A stretch of DNA of 64,000 bases from assembly GCA_030264375.1 (NCBI GenBank), contig JASCQW010000162.1, forward strand, positions 82,346,877-82,410,876, read 5' to 3'. The translations under genes and the position numbers were made by a program. The DNA comes from Carcharhinus longimanus (lineage: Eukaryota). The notes beneath the pieces are model-generated. The model searched no databases and was not told the DNA's origin. It was given only the letters and a program-made list of their open reading frames with translations. Within the stretch, counting starts at the first letter, position 1, and every line of letters begins with the position of its first letter. Of the stretch, positions 61,716 to 64,000 are shown one piece after another.

Positions 61716-62664
61716 CTTTTCAAACAAAGTGAAGTGAAAGACATTCCCCACCCTCGCCAAAAGTGACAAGCTAGGACTTGATGGCCTCACCATGGTGGGG
61801 AGATGAGGAGTCAGCCAAAGGTCCATTGACTTTGAGCGAGACTGGGCAATTCAGAGGTGGGTAGGGCTGATCAAGCCTACCCACAGTCTCCACTTGAACA
61901 CTTCTTCTGTCAGTTCCTTAAGGAGGCCAGTTAATCGACTGAATAGTTTCTACAAGTTACGTTTTGTTAGAGACTTACAAAGTCACCATGAACTTGACCA
62001 TTGAATTGTCTTTAGCAGTAGCCCCCAAGCCTGCAGAACATTTGCAGAAAAGTGTTTAGCTTTGGTGGTTGGGTGTTTAACTGGCATCGTATCCATCTAT
62101 ATTGATATGACCAGGAAAGGACAAACCCCTCTTAAATGTGGGAGTGATAATCTTTGTTGGATGTGTGCTGGGAGAGTTCATCACACAACCTTCTCATTCT
62201 GCTGCCTATATTGTTTGGGTCATCTCCCAATTTTAAAATTCGTGGTTTGTCAGCCTTTTATTTTCCCCAGCCCCAATATTTTTACTAATAAAAATGAGGA
62301 AAGAAAACAGAACAAAAGCCACGGTATTTATATTTGAAGCCCCAATGTATTTGCTGCTGTACCATAACCTGAAAAATTTATACTTTAAAAAAATAATAAC
62401 ATTTGGGAACAACAGCTTGAAAAGAAGGATCATTGATAAATAACATGAATCCACAGGCAAGTCTTTTAGTTATGCATCATGAATCAACATGGCATGGACC
62501 GTTGTGAGTGTTAAGATGCAAGACACTAGAATGAATATGGGTCCTGCATTGAACAATTGCAGGAAAATGCACTCGAATAGCAGATCATAAACACACAAAT
62601 ATATTGCATGTCATGATGCCTTTTTCACTTCAGAAGCGTCTCTCTTGCAGCTGGAGCAAAAGTT

Positions 62665-62918
62665 AGTTGCAAGTAGGCTTACGTTAACACTACAATAAAA
62701 TTGCTGTGAAAATCCCCGAGTCACCACACTCCAGTGCCTGTTCGGGTAAACGGAGGGAGAATTTACCAACGTACCTAACCAGCACGTCTTTCGAACTGTG
62801 GGAGGAAACCAGAGCACCCGGAGGAAAGCCACGCAGGCACACAATGTAGAGTCACCCAAGCCGAGAATTGAAAGTGGTTTCTGGTGTTGAGGCAGCAGTG
62901 CTTGCCGCAGTGCCACCC
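62665..62918 (-). mobile_element. B-tail V-SINE-like SINE
   Basis: caagtaggcttacgttaacac...gtgaaaatcccc...gaggcagcagtgc. Confidence 0.85.
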
Positions 62919-63747
62919 AACATCTGCCAACATTGCTGGTTCATTATTTACTTATGGCACTTCTACAATTTTAAGTCACTGCATTATAATAATCTATTTT
63001 TTCTGCTCCTTCAACTCTCTCTGGAGTTGTTAAAATGTTCATCTCTCAATTGCGTGGCAGTAATTCTCTCCATGGCTTCATGTTCTCATCATTTTTTAAT
63101 TCAATTATGGGAAATGGGCATTACAAACAGTCTGCATTTAGTGTCCCCCTGTATCTGCCCTTCAGAGAGCAGGGATGAACCAGCTCCCTGATCTACTGCA
63201 ATCTGTGTTGGGTTGGGTAACCCATTATGCAGTTAGGAGGGAGTTCCAGGATTTTGCCTCAGCAGCGATAAAGGATGACGGTGTTTCTATGAGCTCTGCT
63301 CCAGGAGGTAGATTGTAGGTTTTGAAGATGATGGTGGCTGAGTGCTGATCAAGTAGATTGTCTGATCTTGGCTGGCGTTGAACTGTCATCTTCCAGCTCA
63401 ACCACCAACAGAAATCTTTCATTCCTCTGACTCTCACATCTTGCGCTTGATTCCCACTTTAATCCACGTTGGTGACTGTGTCTCCAGATATCTAAACTCC
63501 ATGCTTTGAAATCCTCTCCCTACTTACCTCCATCAACTTTCATTTTAAATCCCACGCCCTTGCCAAACGTCTGGGAACGATTTTGATTTTTCCTTGGCTT
63601 GGAAATCAGTTTATTTTTCCTTTGCATCTTTTTGACCTTGCTTGTAAAGGGTTGTCTCAATGTTTGCTGTTGTAATGTTACAAAAATTCAGTTACTTCCT
63701 TTGGCGTTTAGTAATTTGCTGTGAAATGAGAGTTCTGCTTTCAAAAG

Positions 63748-64000
63748 GCAGCAGTGTAGTGGTATAGTAACAGGACATGTAATCCACAGGCCCAGGATAA
63801 AGCTCTGGGGACCAAGGGTTGAATCCCACCAGATAGTGAAATTTGAATTCAATAAGGATCTGAAATTTAAAGGCTAACAGCATCTGTGAAACCATTGACG
63901 ATTTGTTGTAAAGCCCTATCTGGTTCACTACTATCATTTTAGGGAAATAAATCTGCCACCTTTAGCTGATCAGGCATGTATGTGACTCCAGGCCCACAGC
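63748..64000 (+). mobile_element. tRNA-headed SINE/LINE 5' end, cut by window edge
   Basis: ggcagcagtgtagtggtat...taatccacaggcccaggataaagctctggggaccaagggttgaatccc, then a body matching 27620-27826 (minus). Confidence 0.8.

Overview
Eukaryotic, repeat-dense DNA with several scaffold N-gaps. The repeat families point to an elasmobranch (shark) intronic or intergenic region: HE1/V-SINE-like tRNA SINEs, SacSINE1/DeuSINE-like SINEs, CR1, Rex1/Babar, RTE and L2-like LINE fragments, Penelope-like elements with hammerhead motifs, LTR remnants and Harbinger-like MITEs. I found no intact protein-coding gene; the recognisable ORFs are decayed retroelement pieces, and a few candidate exons of unknown identity are low confidence. 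Main points of interest: (1) an APE-RT non-LTR family with no visible ORF1, whose 5' region is shared with a tRNA-headed SINE, present as long, internally deleted and minimal forms; (2) TSD-flanked Penelope mini-inserts with hammerhead cores, one intact and one ending at the predicted cleavage site; (3) 52-bp SINE-unit tandem arrays in opposite orientations; (4) one SINE body carrying two alternative 3' tails. Family names come from motif recognition, not database searches, and most boundaries are approximate.
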